Assembly: GCA_000320545.1 (NCBI GenBank)
Contig: ADNK01000673.1
Span: forward strand, 1 to 37,891
DNA length: 37,891 nucleotides
Reading direction: 5' to 3'
Source: Bigelowiella natans CCMP2755
Taxonomy: Eukaryota > Protista > Cercozoa
Both the position numbers and the translations under genes were made by a program. Shown here in pieces: positions 19,770 through 33,782 of the stretch. How positions within the stretch are numbered: the first letter of the stretch is position 1; each line of letters begins with the position of its first letter. The notes under the pieces were generated by a model. That model saw only the letters and a list, made by a program, of their open reading frames with translations. It did not search any database and had not been told where the DNA came from.

Positions 19770-22656
19770 TCAGAGTTGACACGTGTCACAATCCTTTTCA
19801 TTGTCCCACAAAGAGCCCCACAGCTTCATGACTTTCGTTGTCTTCATGTCCATCAAGCTGCGTAGCTGTGAGATTTCCAAGTCACCTTGGGTACATGCAT
19901 CTCCAGAGCAGAAGGAGACTGCGTGCTGTCGAGGTAGCTCCATGGCGCGCTTGAGCTGCCATGGCCCTGCGCCGCCTTCACGGTAGCAAACATAGGTGCT
20001 GTGGAGCATCGAGACTGGGAAATCATCCGGGACAGACTGATTGGCGAAGTCTTGCGACAACGAGATTCGGAATGAGCTTGGATACGACAGAAGCTTGGCA
20101 AGGGGTGGGGTCAGGATGTCCACATCAAGCCCCTTGTATTCCCGCGATGCGAATTTGACTAATGAAGCTGTAGTAACATCGCGATACTGCTCAAATGCAA
20201 GCTCCTTGCACACAGCAGGTGCTGGAGAAGCGGAAGCTATCTTGGTATCAATGACGGACTGAATGAGCCCCAACGTATGGGAGTGCGACCGCAGAGGATC
20301 GAAGCTTCTCTTGAAGAGCGAAGACAGCGAACGCATAGCGGCCTCGAGTCTACCAGTATCCTCTTGAGAGGCCTTTCTGCCCATCCGCGAATGCAAGAAA
20401 CGTGTATGGCCTATCATGGATAGCGCTTGACGGGAAAGTGAGAATGGCAAGTCGTCGATAGCGGCTCCAAGCTCATTCTTGACTTCGTCGAGCCCCTCAT
20501 GCGATAGCCAGAACTGTCCCGTCTTGCCATCCCGTAGCTTCACGGAGTCAGCCGCAGCGTGAATCATACGCGTAGGGACGTCACTCACGAGCATCACGTC
20601 CTGGTGCGACTCCAGGGCCTCCATTGAAGCCTCGTAGGCTTTTCGCAGCATATTCTCGGACAACTCCGTGGCATCACTCACCAGGGAAGTCGACTCATCA
20701 AGGAATTCAACGTGGCCGTGACAATTTAGGTAGTCCCCGACGGATCCGATGACTTTGTTCATGACCATGAGCTGCTGCTTGTAGACAGAGACGTAGCTGG
20801 ACACCTGCGCATGCATGTGATTCCAGAGCTGCGAGAGTCCCAAGAGGGAGCCCTGAAGGCTCTGGCGTTCCATCTTAGCACGGTTCACCAACACCTCGTT
20901 TGTAAGCAGGTCGAGCTTCCAATTTAAGGCGCTGGATACAGACATCTCTCCCCGCTTGCTGAGTCCCTGCACATCGCGATAGAGGCGCTGGCCCCTTTTT
21001 TTGAGGTCATGAATGCCGGTATGAATGTCGTCGAGCAGTACCAAACGCACCCCGATCGTGCTATTGATTCTTGCAGAGGTCTCTCGGACCTGGGTACGGA
21101 TGAGGCTGGCGCCAAGTCCTTTGCTGCGAGACTGACTCTGACGCTGATTGGAAAGCGCATGTGCCCTTCCTAGAATAGTATCCAGTCTCTCCAGACTTCG
21201 CACGAGCGTCTCGCTCGCATCCCGTGGATTTTGACTGGATTTCAGCGCAGAGTGGGTCGATGCGATGAGCTCGATTGCCTTGCTGACGCCGCCCTCATAC
21301 TCCTTCGCCGCATTCAAGTCGACTTGGTCCAGGGTAGTAGTAGCAGCGGCTACTTCTGGCTGTAGATATTTAGCAAGAGTCTTTGAAAGCTTGGCGTGCA
21401 GGGCGTGTGGCGATGGGATGGCCATATCGGCATGTCGTCGAGTAGCATCATCTTAGCCTTGTTTTTAGCGTTGATCTTTGCCACCTCGGTCTCCATTTTG
21501 TTCATAACGACCTGCGAATAGTAGTTCATGAGCATGTCGGAGTTCTTCACAATATTCTGGTTGGACTTCGCAATGTTCCTGATCACGGCGCTCGTTCCCG
21601 CCTTCACCGCATCCTTGACGCAGTGGAGGTCGCACAATATCCTGAGCACACTCACTTGGAGCGGGTTGCAGTCTTCATAACTCTCTTTACTGTCTTTAAA
21701 CTCTCGGTACTTCGCGGGGACTTCAGCCAGTCCCTCCCACATCTCGGACGCTAGGTCAGCAACGCCTTCGCACATATCTCCGTACTTAATAGACAAACCG
21801 AAGAAGGGACCTGCAAGGCCACCCCCTCCTCCCACCTCTTTGTCCGGAAGAAACTTGCATCCAAACTTCCCAATGGCGGTGCCAAGCTTCATACTCGCCT
21901 TGACGGCGCCAAGGGCAAGGAGATACGTATGCATCTCGTAGTCTCGTTTCAGATCCTCTGAATGGCATTCGTTCATTGTTTCGTAATTGAGGCCAGGGCC
22001 CCCATCCTTGCCGTGGCGCTTCCATGTAGTGCTTGCAAGGAGGGCGCAGGCACTGCCTTTGTCGAATATCTCTGTGGCCTCCTTGAATTTATCATTCTCG
22101 ATCGCGGCACATCCCTCGCTGTACTTGGGCTTCTCTGTCTTGAACTTGATGAGCGTTGGCTTCTGCGGAACGGAGGCGCCAAGGCCATTTGGGGGCGGCA
22201 TAACACCCCCGGTCATTCCTTTGCCAGACATGACTCCCAGCTCGATAACGGAGAAAGGCAGGCCCTTCTTGCTCTCGAGCAGCCAGTCCACAGAGAATGG
22301 ATGCTCAGCATGTCGGTGAGGCTGCGTGCACTTTCGGTCGCCGCCACTGGCGGGGATCAGGCACCAGGAGTTAAGACTCTTGTCGAAGAGCAGCTCCGAC
22401 CTTTTCACTGTCGCTACTTCCGGCTTGGGATATGGTGTAGGGTATGAGGTCGGATAGTTCGTTGGGTACCTGAGGCAGCAGAGAGTCGTCATCGATATGA
22501 TTGAGGACGCCATATGTCGTGTCTATCGCTTTTGGCTCATCTGTACTCTTCCACGCCACGATCATCATCATCATCATCATCGCTATATAGAAACATTAGT
22601 ATTACCGTGTAGGCTGCTTGCTCGGGTAACGCGTTGGGTATGCTGTGATATGGTGA

Positions 22657-22738
<82 letters not shown>

Positions 22739-24468
22739 ATTTTTTTATTGAACGAAGTGTTGCAATTTGAAAGAGAAAAGTATGCCTTTCAGAAGATAAA
22801 TGAAACATCGAGCACCAAAATTTCGAATTCAAGCGCATTGCCCGACAGAAGCTGGGGGGGGGGGGGGGGGGGGATTCGATGCGATACTAACCACCCATAT
22901 CATCTTTCTTAGTTACCTGTCGGATACTTCGTCGGGTATTTAGTAGGATAGCGGGTGGACTTTCCTACGAGAGTCTGCGCAAATGCAGTCTGTTCGTCGT
23001 GCTCCTTAGCCGTAGAAACAGCCGCATCCGTGTCAGGGGCCACATCTGGCGACCCTTCTTCCTCGGTCATTCCCTTCTCCGCGCCCCCAAGCTGAATGAG
23101 GCTCACGAGATTGTTCTTTGAGTAGGTGGAGCTCTGCTTAAACCGAGGGCGGAGTAGGTCGTCGTAGCCGGTGGGGCAGTAAATCCCCTCGTCGCTGCTG
23201 AAGCCGCTGATGGGCTCTGCTTCCGAAAGAACAAGACCGCTGTAGAACGGATACATGCAGCACGTGACGGCTATCTTCGTATTCGTCGACGTTCGGTCGG
23301 CCTGGAATCCGGTGACAATGCTCCGCGAGGGGCACTTGATGGGCTTCTTGATATTCAGGACAGACGTGACCGGGTCGAACGAGGCGTGCGAGTGCTGGAA
23401 GCGGATCTGCGTGCACTCGCCGAGGCCAGGAAGAGGGTTGCACAGGGCCGTGAACTGCGTTGGGCTGTTCTGCTTCAGCGAGTACATCGCCTCGCCCTTC
23501 CTGCACATGACGCTCAAGGAGTCGTCGTACTTGATTTCGACTACGGGCAAGGACTTCGCCTTGCTGGACCGCGCGCGCTGCACGCATGTCGACTGCTTAC
23601 CGAGCTTGTTCAGGAAGCCCGTTGAGCCCGAGCACGCCCAGCCAGAGCTGCTCGACGACGCCGCTCGAGTCTCCTCCTGCTTGGCCACCCTTGCGAAAGC
23701 CTCGTTGGGCAGTAGCATGACCTTGTCATCGCCAGAGGGGAAGCTGGTGGGGAACTTCGTCGGAACTTGAGAGGGGGCCCGGGAGGGGTACTTGGTCGGG
23801 TATTGTGTGGGATATTTTGTTTTTTTCGCCTTCGCTGATAAGACTTGATCAAACTCCCCAGTCTCCTCTTCCTTATCTGCCAGAGATGTTGCGGGTGAAG
23901 GCTTTTCTGCGCCATTCTCGATCTCCTCCTCTTCCTCTCCGTCCTCCTCAGCCAGGGAGACGACGTCATCATCCGGCTCTGCGAGGAGAGAGGTCTTCGT
24001 TGCGAACGCTGGCGTGAGTTGGCACCTGCGCAGGGTGAGGACGTCTAAGTACGCCTTAGACCCCATTGGGTAGTCGCGCACCGCCAGGCACTTTCCACCC
24101 GAGGTGTCTGAGAGCTGCATGCTCGAGGTGCCGTCGAGATCCATAGACCAGCTGAATGACTTGAGGCTGGGCCTTGACATGATCACGATTGAGCGCCCCG
24201 ATTCCACCTCTATCCAGCTAGGGTACTCGCTGGAAGTAGCCATGAAAAGGCCGATTCGACGGCCTCCCATAAACAGCAGCTCCTCCATCGATCCTGACTT
24301 CATCTCAATGGCCTTCTGCGCCGCATTGAAAACTTGCACGCAGCCCGCGCACTGGAGATTCGTGAGCCCCACTGCGCCGGTGCTATCGCGCCATTCGCCG
24401 TCCATGCAGACCACGGTGCCGTCAGCTCCCTTCTGCAAAGGATTCGAGACAGAAATAAGTGAACAAAA

Positions 24469-24510
<42 letters not shown>

Positions 24511-26633
24511 TATGTATATGCTTTACTGATCGCTTACGTTCGTCAAGAGCGTGTAGCTATCGTCGCACGAAGCAGAGAGCTGTGCGCCATGAGGAAAGGT
24601 CTCCGGCATCTTGCGCTTCGTCTCCTGGGTCGTCGTGATCATATACTCGCAGCGTGCGCATTTCTCCAATTCGGAGTCGCCCATGAGTTGGTTGAAGTCG
24701 CACTGATTGATCAGGTGCTCCCAGTAGCAGCTCTTGTAGCGATGGCCTTGGCCGGTAAGAAGTGCCCTCCTGCGGACCTCATGCCAGCACTTCTCGGGCG
24801 AGGCGATGTGGCAAAGGCGCTCGCTGCCGGCAGGCTTGAAGACCCCGTAGAGGTTCACGATGGCGCCGAGATCGATGCGCGTCATATACTGGCAGTCGCT
24901 GAACAGCAGACACATCCTCCCGCCATCGCCCTCCATCTCGCCGAAGTAGCGGCAGGTGGGGTCGTCGTTGCAGCTGAGCGCGCACGACTGCGAATCGGTG
25001 ATCTGGTTGATGAGGAACCTCTGGTCGCACATGTGCGGCCCGGACCACAGCAGCACCGGCTTCGGGATGAACTTGTTGAAGGACATCCCGGGCCCCATCG
25101 AGCCAACGGCCGCGGCTTCGTACGAGTCGACGTCCACCGGCGCGTTGTCCCCCCACTCCTCGAAGAAGCACTCGCAGGGATGGAGGTAGTAGTCGTCCTC
25201 GGTTACAGTGGTCGGGTCGTCAAAACGGAAGACCGTGAATTTGTCATCCACCGCGGAGCTCTTTCCTTTCACCACGCCCCTCTCCTTCTCTTGATCTTCG
25301 GAGTCGGGCTGGGGCTCGCTGTTCCCGGCCTCATCTTCCGTGCTGCTCTTTGTCTTTGATGGGTCCTCGTCGACGAGGGGCGAAATGCACCCCTTTCCCA
25401 TCGGCTGAATGCTGACGGCAACATCGTTCGAAACGCCGAGCACTTTGCTGAATAGCGATGCTACAGGAACCTTTGGGCGTGAGGGATAGGTGTAAGTAAT
25501 GATAATGACGACGACCACCCACCAACCCCCCCCCCACACACACACACGCGCGCGCGCGCGCGATCGGCAACCTATGATTACATATTAACAACTTCGCGCG
25601 GGAAGGAAAACATTGTCGTACCGAATCCATCACAACCCGCGGCACGATACTGGCTGTGGGGGAGCTTGACTGGTCCGAAGTCGGCTGCTGCGTCGGCTGT
25701 CGAGAGGTTGGATTTGGAGTGGGCCTCGGATAAGTGGGCTTATTCGTTGGGGCGAGGGTCGGCTTCATCGTCGGGGAGGGCCCGCCGTACGACAACATCT
25801 TGATGGTCGCGGAGGCAGGCTCGTACCACGTGTCCCCGGCGAACACCTGCCATCAATAGGGAGGAGAACACGTGCAGGTTAGAGGGGGGGGAAGGCGCTG
25901 GGAGGCTGGTCATTTTGCGGCTAGCAGCGGTCGACGACAGCGGCGGTTATAGGACGGAGATGGAAGTGCAGAAAATGATGATAAATATATGTGAGGTATT
26001 CATTTAATTTTACATTGAGGAGGTTCCCCGCTGGATACGGCGTCCCGCTGAGCTTCGTCTTACACACGCTCTGGTTATCGTAGAACACCTCCATGCTACT
26101 GTCCGGCCTCACCTCGACCCTTACTCTCACAAATCGATTCAGGGGGAGAGGGTTTTTGGGATCACATCCGTCGTTGCCATTCTTTGAGGTACCTATGGAG
26201 AAAGAGAAGAAATAGGGAGAGGTGGAGGCATAATCAGGCTCGATTTGACGGCGACGTTGGCTGGATTGTGTAGTGGATAAGATCAAATTCTTACCAGTCC
26301 GTATGTGGAGCTTCGTTGTGCCGGGGGCGGCCCAGATGCCAGGGACGCGGTCCCCGTTGTTACAGCAGTTGTTCTTTGTCGTCATGTGCACGATGCTGCC
26401 CCATGCGGCGATCTTAGCGTGGAATTGGATATCAAGTTCTAAGCTGTAGTATCCGAGCGAAGTCACGACTCCGATCTTCTCGTCCTTTGTTAGTACCGTC
26501 CTAAATGTGCGCGCGTACGCCGGTTTAGAGTGGAACGATTTCACAATATATGCTCATCTAGAGGTCTTCGCTTGGCTGTCACCGTTTCAGGCGCCACCGC
26601 ACACAACCACCCCCCATCGTTCTTCTCTCCTCG

Positions 26634-26668
<35 letters not shown>

Positions 26669-27088
26669 CACGGCAAGAAGCGTGCGGAAAATGATACTTA
26701 CGTTCTCCCTTCCAGCATATCAGTAGGGTCGAGGCGCTTGTTCGGATCATTCTTGCGGTAGGACAGGTCCTTCAGCATTGCGTTGGGCGATTCGTGCCAG
26801 GGGTCGCCAGCGTACACGGTGACGATGGTGCCTGCAGGGTAGATGGCCCCGGGCATCTTCCTCGTGCACACTTGCTTTCCATCGTAGAAGATCTTCACGG
26901 TGCTGAACTGGTCGACCTCCATCTTGATGGAGTAGTAGCGGTTGAAGCCGAGGGACTCAGTCGGGTCGCAGCCGTCGTTGCCGTTAGAGCTAGTTCCGGT
27001 ACGGAAGTGGAGCTGGCTCGTCCCTGGCTTCACCCATACCGCGGGCACCTGTAATGGCGGGTTTAGTCACAGGATCGTCGTCAATACA

Positions 27089-27140
<52 letters not shown>

Positions 27141-30100
27141 TTAACAAGGAGGGTCAGGTATGGGCATTTATGTGTAGGGGAGGGGTATAGAGAGGGGGGG
27201 GGGGGAGGGGGAGGAGAGAGAGACATGTGTGTCTAGATCTACGAGAATTATAAATTACTCGGTCGCCGTTCTTGCAGCAGTTATCCTTGGTCGTCAGGTG
27301 CACGATGCTTCCCCACCCCTTCACGACTCCCTTCAGTTTAAGCTTGAACTCGAGGATGTACGGGCCTACCGTCCTCACGTACCCGCGGTTGACATTCACG
27401 CCGGGCCGCACCTCCTGGCTGTTTAGGATGTTGGAAGGGTTCGCATGCCCGGGCTCCAGCCCCATGTTGGCGCTGTGCGTCGAGGCGAACGAGGCGGTGC
27501 TCTCTGGAAATTCAACAACTTTGCCGCCCTCCTTCATTGGAACACCCTCAGTGCTGACGCTGGCCTCTTCCGGAGCAGATTCTTCGGACGAGTCTTCTGA
27601 GTCTTCCTGAACCTCTTCCAGCTCGGGGTCCTCCGTGGTTGCTGGACCTGCACCGTCGCTCAGCACGGTGATGGCGTCTGTAGCGTTCCCGCTGCTCTCT
27701 TCGAGCTTGACCGGCGGAGTCACAGTGATGGCAGAGGCGCCCAGAACGACAATGTCGGGGGCGGAGACCAGATCTCCGAGGATGCACGCTTCCACCTCGC
27801 CGTGCATCTCCACGTATGCTTTCTCGATGTCCACAAGGTCGTCCTTCTTGAGGCTGGCCTTGCGCACGACCCACCCGGTGTTGGTGTCCGTGCAGCCAGC
27901 GGGGAGGGCGTCGAGCTTGGTTCGGTCGTAGCGCATCAGGTAGAAGGTGTCGTCGAGGTGTAGCCCCTGCATCACGTAGATGGGCTGCGCCAAGGCCTTG
28001 CTCTCCTTCAAAAGAGGGCAGTAGAGGCCGGAGAGGTACGCCTGCTTGTCGAACTTCGCCTGCACGCAGGTCTGGTGCACCTGGCAGTTGTCCACTTTCA
28101 CGTTGGCTAGCGGGCCCTTGAGCGCGTGTCCGCTCTTGTGAGGAACGTCATCAGTCACCACTGCGAGCTCGTAGCACCGCTTCTCCTTCGGGACGAAGTT
28201 GTAGCCGGCGCAGGCCGGGCTCAGCGTGCATGCGTGCTTGCACGCAGTTTCCGAGTCGGAGGAATTACCCCGCGGCGATTTCAAGCGCGCGACCCAGCCC
28301 TCAGGACTCTTGAATCCGGCCGCGTCAACCCAGCAGTGGTCGTTGTCCACCTGAATGACGAGCTTGCTCTTTGCTTTGACGAGTCTGACCTGCTGAGCGA
28401 TCTCCGCGCTTGGAAGCGCCCCGTATACGTCGCAGGCGACGGTAAAGGAGGCGCGGCCTTTAACAGCTGGCATGAAGGCCCGCAGGCCGACGTGCGGGGA
28501 GCCGGAGAGCTCTCCGGTCATTGGCTGCACGTTGACGATGGGGAGGCCGTGGATGGTGAGGTCACCAGTGGACAGCTCGTACACCACCGGATGGTTCGTG
28601 GAGCTGATGCAATCGAGGTTGACGGAGAACATATTCCATGGCTTCTTGACTTTGCCGCTGGCGGCGTCCTTGTACCCCAGTTGCAACTGGGAGACCAGAG
28701 GCTGGCCTACCGTGACTCGAAGCGCGCTCGTAGGGTAGAAGTCTATATCTTGGGGCGGAACAGGGGGGTACGCGAAGATCTGATGATGGAAATCGGTTCA
28801 AAGGAAATGATAAGTTGACATCGCAAATCGAAGGTGGTCATATTATCTCAGTATCTATAGATTATAAGGGCGCAACCTTGACGTCCAGGTGGTGGATGGT
28901 TTTGGTGTCGTCAGTCGCTACGATGTGGCATTGTGACGAGTAGTACTCCTCGTTGCCGGACGGCGTACTCGCCTTGTCAGAAGCCGCGCGCCCTCCCTTG
29001 TAGTTGTAAAACAACTTGGCGTACTTGGTGCTCGTCATGTTTGCTCCGAGAGAGATGTCCCCCGTCACAGGATCCAATTCGATGAAAGAGGCAGGCGCGC
29101 ACGTGATTTTGTACTGCGGGCTCTTAGCTTTGAACTTGCTTGACCAAGTCGCCCTGTAGGTCCGCATGAAGCTGGCCTCGTCAAATATCATTGCCTTGAC
29201 AACAGCCTGCGAGGGATCATCAGCAGCCTTGTAGCCGAACGCCTTGGTCGAAATCTTCACCTTAGTCTTAAACTGCCGGTAGTCCCAGTTCAGCGGGCTA
29301 TTCAGGTTCCCGACCTTCGGCGCGAGCGCGCTGACCTCGCAAGTGGCATCGAAGGGCTCCTCGGTGAATGGAAAACCGGATATGACACCGGTGTTGCCGT
29401 CGAGGGTAAGTCCGTATTTCTCCAGATCGCACCCAGGACTAAGGACGTACTTGTTCGCAGTCCGTGGGTACGGTTCGGCGAGGAAATTCTCCCCGGCAAG
29501 GCCGATGCCGTTCGCGCGAGTGAGCACATATTCGAAAGGGGTCCCCGAGTGAATGCCGCCGCCACAGGCGCAGCACGCGTCGGCAGCTGAGAGATGCTGA
29601 TAGACCTTACTCGCCTTAAGCTCGTTTCCCTTGGTCGGTGCTCCGTTCCGGCACCAGCCGTTGGTTACGTAAGACGCGCACGAGTGGCCCTCTACGTCAA
29701 CGAAGGAATGCACGTTGGTGCATTTGACACAGTTGCTTGCCATCTGGGTGAAGCCGCCGAGACACTTAGTGCACTCTCCGTTGAAAAACGTTGCGCATCC
29801 ACTGCATACCAGTGAGGAATTGACCTTATGAAAATCGAGAGGGCAGCAGCTTTGCTTTACGGATCCCCCCTCGAACGAATAAAGCAACATCGTGTCCTCA
29901 ACAGCGCAAGAGCACTGACTGCTTGGGCTCTTGTTGTCCGCGCAGGCATACGCTACACCTGCTTCAGCTTCAGTGCGGGTAGCCGTGGAAATGGATTCTG
30001 GAGAAAAATACGTCAGTCCATCAGAGACATCACTTAACATGATTTTGGACATAAAAACACGATGCCAAATAACCTTGAAAGTAGCCGGCTGGGCAAGATT

Positions 30101-30308
30101 CGAAATTTCTCTGTTGTCCGGGGACAGTCGAGGCTACTAGCGTGAAGTTCTTCGCCTTTTCGAGGGGCCGCATTTGGCGTACATCTTCATTTACAATCCT
30201 ATTGCTCGGTTCATTCATCAAGGCTAATGTGGAGAGTCCTGAGAGCAACATCACCCCTAATGGTAGCGGTGACATTGCACCAGCAGGAATAGCCATCCTG
30301 CTTCGCAT
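19770..30308 (-). CDS. Giant (~3000 aa) probably secreted Cys-rich mosaic protein, multi-exon
   Basis: N-terminal hydrophobic leader (MSPLPLGVMLLSGLSTLAL); furin-like CxxC repeats; GWC...ACCACGGG motif; Ig-like GLTLDGNTGVISG; PAN/apple-like motifs (ACKHACTLSPACAGYNF, SCALSCNDDPTCRYF); two LamG/ConA-like repeats; PT repeats (PTKYPT) continuing across exons; helical C-terminus. The long ORFs 28862-30052, 27154-28686, 26698-27048, 25921-26544, 24523-25545, 22909-24438, 21350-22513 and 19770-21425 are collinear, and the junctions I checked have GT-AG sites. Confidence 0.75.
22660..22736. repeat. Compound intronic microsatellite (CA)n-(GA)n
   Basis: Directly visible. Similar (CA)n, (TG)n and (GA)n tracts and C/G runs occur in most introns from 22600 to 37750. 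Confidence 0.95.
27094..27138. repeat. Intronic (TA)n microsatellite
   Basis: Directly visible. Other (TA)n tracts lie near 24472-24503 and 36120-36163. Confidence 0.95.
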
Positions 30309-30953
30309 GACCTCCTGATCAGCCCCTTTCCAAATTTGGACCAGCAACATCCAATATCGGTGCAAAACCTCTTCCGAATATCTCCAATTATAGCATTATT
30401 TGAATCTACGACATGAGCAAATAGCCATACCAATACGAATATCTCTGTATTTGGAGACAGCAATCATCGGGGATTCGGTCTCAATGAAATCGGTCTTTTC
30501 CATGTCTCATTTCTACAGTTACTTTTTTTTATCCGTGAACATGGCCGTTTCCGCTTTTTGTTCTTTCTTACAACGGACTCCCGGTATTTTGCATAAGTTT
30601 TTATAAATCGATGTTATTTCTAATTTACGACAATGATTTTTCCATTAAAAAGTAAAACAGTCCATTGTCGATGTCGCAGAGATTTTTAGGCGTGATTTTC
30701 CTCCGAAAACTACGTCTGGCCAGACCCGACCCCACCCTTCGGTTATACTCTGGTAACGTGCCCGATGGGCGAGGGCCGGGCGAGGGGATTGGATTGTCAC
30801 GAGCATTCCAAACTTAGAGAGCGCATCGCGATCACATCATCCCTTTTCCCTACCCGCAGTTCGGAAAGCCTATTCTGCGAAATATGATAAGTAACCCTTC
30901 CGTTTTTTGTTCGTGGTGGTTTCGTGCTCAGATCTGGAGACAAAGCTGCGGCG
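30309..30953. promoter_or_regulatory. Probable divergent promoter region between the giant mosaic gene (-) and the EF-hand gene (+)
   Basis: Head-to-head start codons about 650 bp apart with an AT-rich core near 30590-30710. Positional inference only. Confidence 0.4.
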
Positions 30954-31726
30954 ATGGGGAATGCGCTGGAGGGCTTCAAAGGGAAGAAGGTAACCCCCCC
31001 CACGCCCCCTCCCCCTCTTTATCTTATTCTTCTCCTCATCTCTTGAATTTTTTGTGGTTCGACGGATTAGAAGGCTAGGAGGGTCGTGGAAACTCTTGAT
31101 TGACCTGCGATTTAATGATTCTTTCCTCTAAAATCCTATACGACTTGCTGTGGTGCGCAACTTAGTTGAAGGAGGCTACCAGGATAAGTGCTGAAGCAGG
31201 GGTGCATACGCGATAGCTTGACTCACAAATCTGCTTGCAGTATTGCTCAATGCATTCCCAATATATGTTTACATGTGCATATTCGTAATTCGTCTAGTCT
31301 TTTTTTCTTTCCTCCCTGCTTTCTTCAATGCTGGCGACACTAACAGCGCGCAAAACAAAATAACGCAGCCTGTTTCGAACTGGGATGTGGCGACGATTAA
31401 GGCGGCCTTCAAAAAGGCTGAGAAAGCCCAGACCGGTGCGAGAGAATCCTGTGGAAAAGCAGCGCTCTGCGTACAGATATTATAGTAACACTTCCCCTTG
31501 CTTGTCAAATATTCGCAGGCCTCGGATACTCACTCTCAAGGCTGCTGATGAAGGAGTACATATTCTAATTTGATGGCTGATTTGGTGCACAACGGTTTAC
31601 TGTTTTGGCGCGCATACTCACAGAGTGTTGGAGTTGTCTGAGGAGAGCTACGACATGCTGGTCAAGTGTTGGCGCAAAAATGGGGTACTCCGAAAGCTCG
31701 GATATTGTATAGTATATATATATTTA

Positions 31727-31795
<69 letters not shown>

Positions 31796-32250
31796 ATGTG
31801 TGTGCATCTGTGCGTCGTGTGTTGTGTGCGTGTGTGTGTGTGTGTGTATGTGTGTGTGTGTGTGTGTGTGCGTGAATCGCTGTAGGTCATCTCGGGATCA
31901 AAGGGGTTGCGCGTTTTACTTCGTTCCCTATCTCTACGAAAGAGATGCATTCATTCGTAGGAGAACCGCATAGTCGCACGACCAACAATGCCAGACACAC
32001 CGCACGCCCTCCCCCCCCATTCCAGTATTCCTCACTCGACCTAAATTTGCCCAGTATGGTGTTCTCTGCCGCCTAGTCATCGCTCGTCGAATATGGTTTC
32101 TTTCTCACCCCTCGTGCGTTCATATCTGCAGATACCTGGACTATTACATGTATCATTACGTGCCAAAGGTGCGCTCGCCTTTTCTCTCGCCCGCGCGCCA
32201 CGCATCATGCCTTATGATACATTCAACACGTGTATGTATCTCCGCATACC

Positions 32251-32289
<39 letters not shown>

Positions 32290-33374
32290 CATTGCACATC
32301 CACACATGGTTGATTATATTCGCGCTACCATATCAAGGGGAAGGATGGTGTTCAGCTGAAGCACATGCTGGGGTTTGCATGCCATCCCGAGACTCTGCCA
32401 GTCCTTCGAGCAATGTCTACAAGTAAATGCACAACAACACCAAGGCACACACACACACACACACACAGACAGACAGACAGACAGACAGACAGGGAGAGAG
32501 AGCGGATAGAGCAACGATAATCCTAAAAACTTGCCAACAACACAAAAACAAGCGCAAAAAACAGAGAGACGACGGGACGGTTTCCTTGTGAGAGAATGCT
32601 TGCGCAGAAGGGAAAGGCTTCCCGTAGAATCTCTCCCCTAACCGAAGTCTAATCTGCTCGTCGCGGCGCGGCGCTTTGATGTCGTTGTCGTGTGGCCTTT
32701 GAACGTAGGCGATGGGCTCAACCGCCAGCAGAGGCAGTTGGTTCTTGATTTGAATGCTGAGATGGAGACGAAAAGGCTCTTCGTGCAGAGAGTCTACAAC
32801 ACGGAAAGTAAGAGCGCATGGAACCTCCCACCCCTGCCCCCGCCTTTCCCCCCCCTCTTAAGCATCTGTATATTTCATGTGCGTGTGGTGCCTGTGCTAT
32901 TGCTCAATTGTGCCTTCGCTTCCCTTCTAGGCAAGGTGAGAGGGGGCAGCGACATCTACGACAAGGTCCTTCCATTCATCACGTATTGTCACGATCATGT
33001 GCTATGCTACTGGCGCACTGGAGAATAGGGCAGTAAAAACCATCGTATTCTTCTCTCTTTAGCGTTCTAGCTAGTAACCCTTCCTCAGAACTTACGAGCC
33101 CTCCCCCCCCTCCTTAAAAAAAAAAATAGACTGAACACAAGTACAGCCGAGTGAGAGTTGAGAAGCTGAAGCTGCTGTTTGACACGCTAGATACTGCAGA
33201 AATAGGCAAGGTCACAGCGGGGTGTAATATTTGCATGCATGATTTTTATAAATCGATTTGTGTGTTTCCGTTCCGCTGCCTCCTGCCGTCTTGTTAAAAG
33301 ATGGCGGATGTGGGGAATCGGGAGGGAGCGGACTGGGGAATCAAGATACAACAACAGAAAATCGCCTGCGATTC

Positions 33375-33409
<35 letters not shown>

Positions 33410-33748
33410 GTGTGTAAGTGTGTAAGTGTGCAAACGTAACTTCTTTCAGGTTCCTTTCAAGCTACTCTATGCACACGTGCATCATCAAGGTGTACAGTGC
33501 ACATGACGTCCACCCCCCCCCTCCTTCCTCCCCGCACACACACGCATCCAAAGTATTCATGTTATGTTGCTAGAGATTCCTCAACGCGCCCTCTGTTTTG
33601 CGGTGTGATTGTGCAAAGAACACGATGAGCTGCCGATGGATCGGCCGGTCAGTTTCGACTCCTTTTTGTCGAAGGTTTTCCCCTACTCTGTTAAGGAAGA
33701 GCGCGAGTAATTACCACAACCCCCCAGACACACACATTTCCATTTCCG

Positions 33749-33782
<34 letters not shown>

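Noticed and set aside
22900-28820. Long antisense and alternate-frame ORFs and lowish TpA within the giant gene
   Set aside because: Explained by GC-rich codon usage. Tyr codons remain common and intronic (TA)n tracts are intact, so this is not the hypermutation signal.
33606-33608. In-frame TGA in an apparent EF-hand gene exon (possible selenocysteine or readthrough)
   Set aside because: A downstream acceptor (gtgcaaag|aacac) restores the frame and leaves the TGA in the intron.
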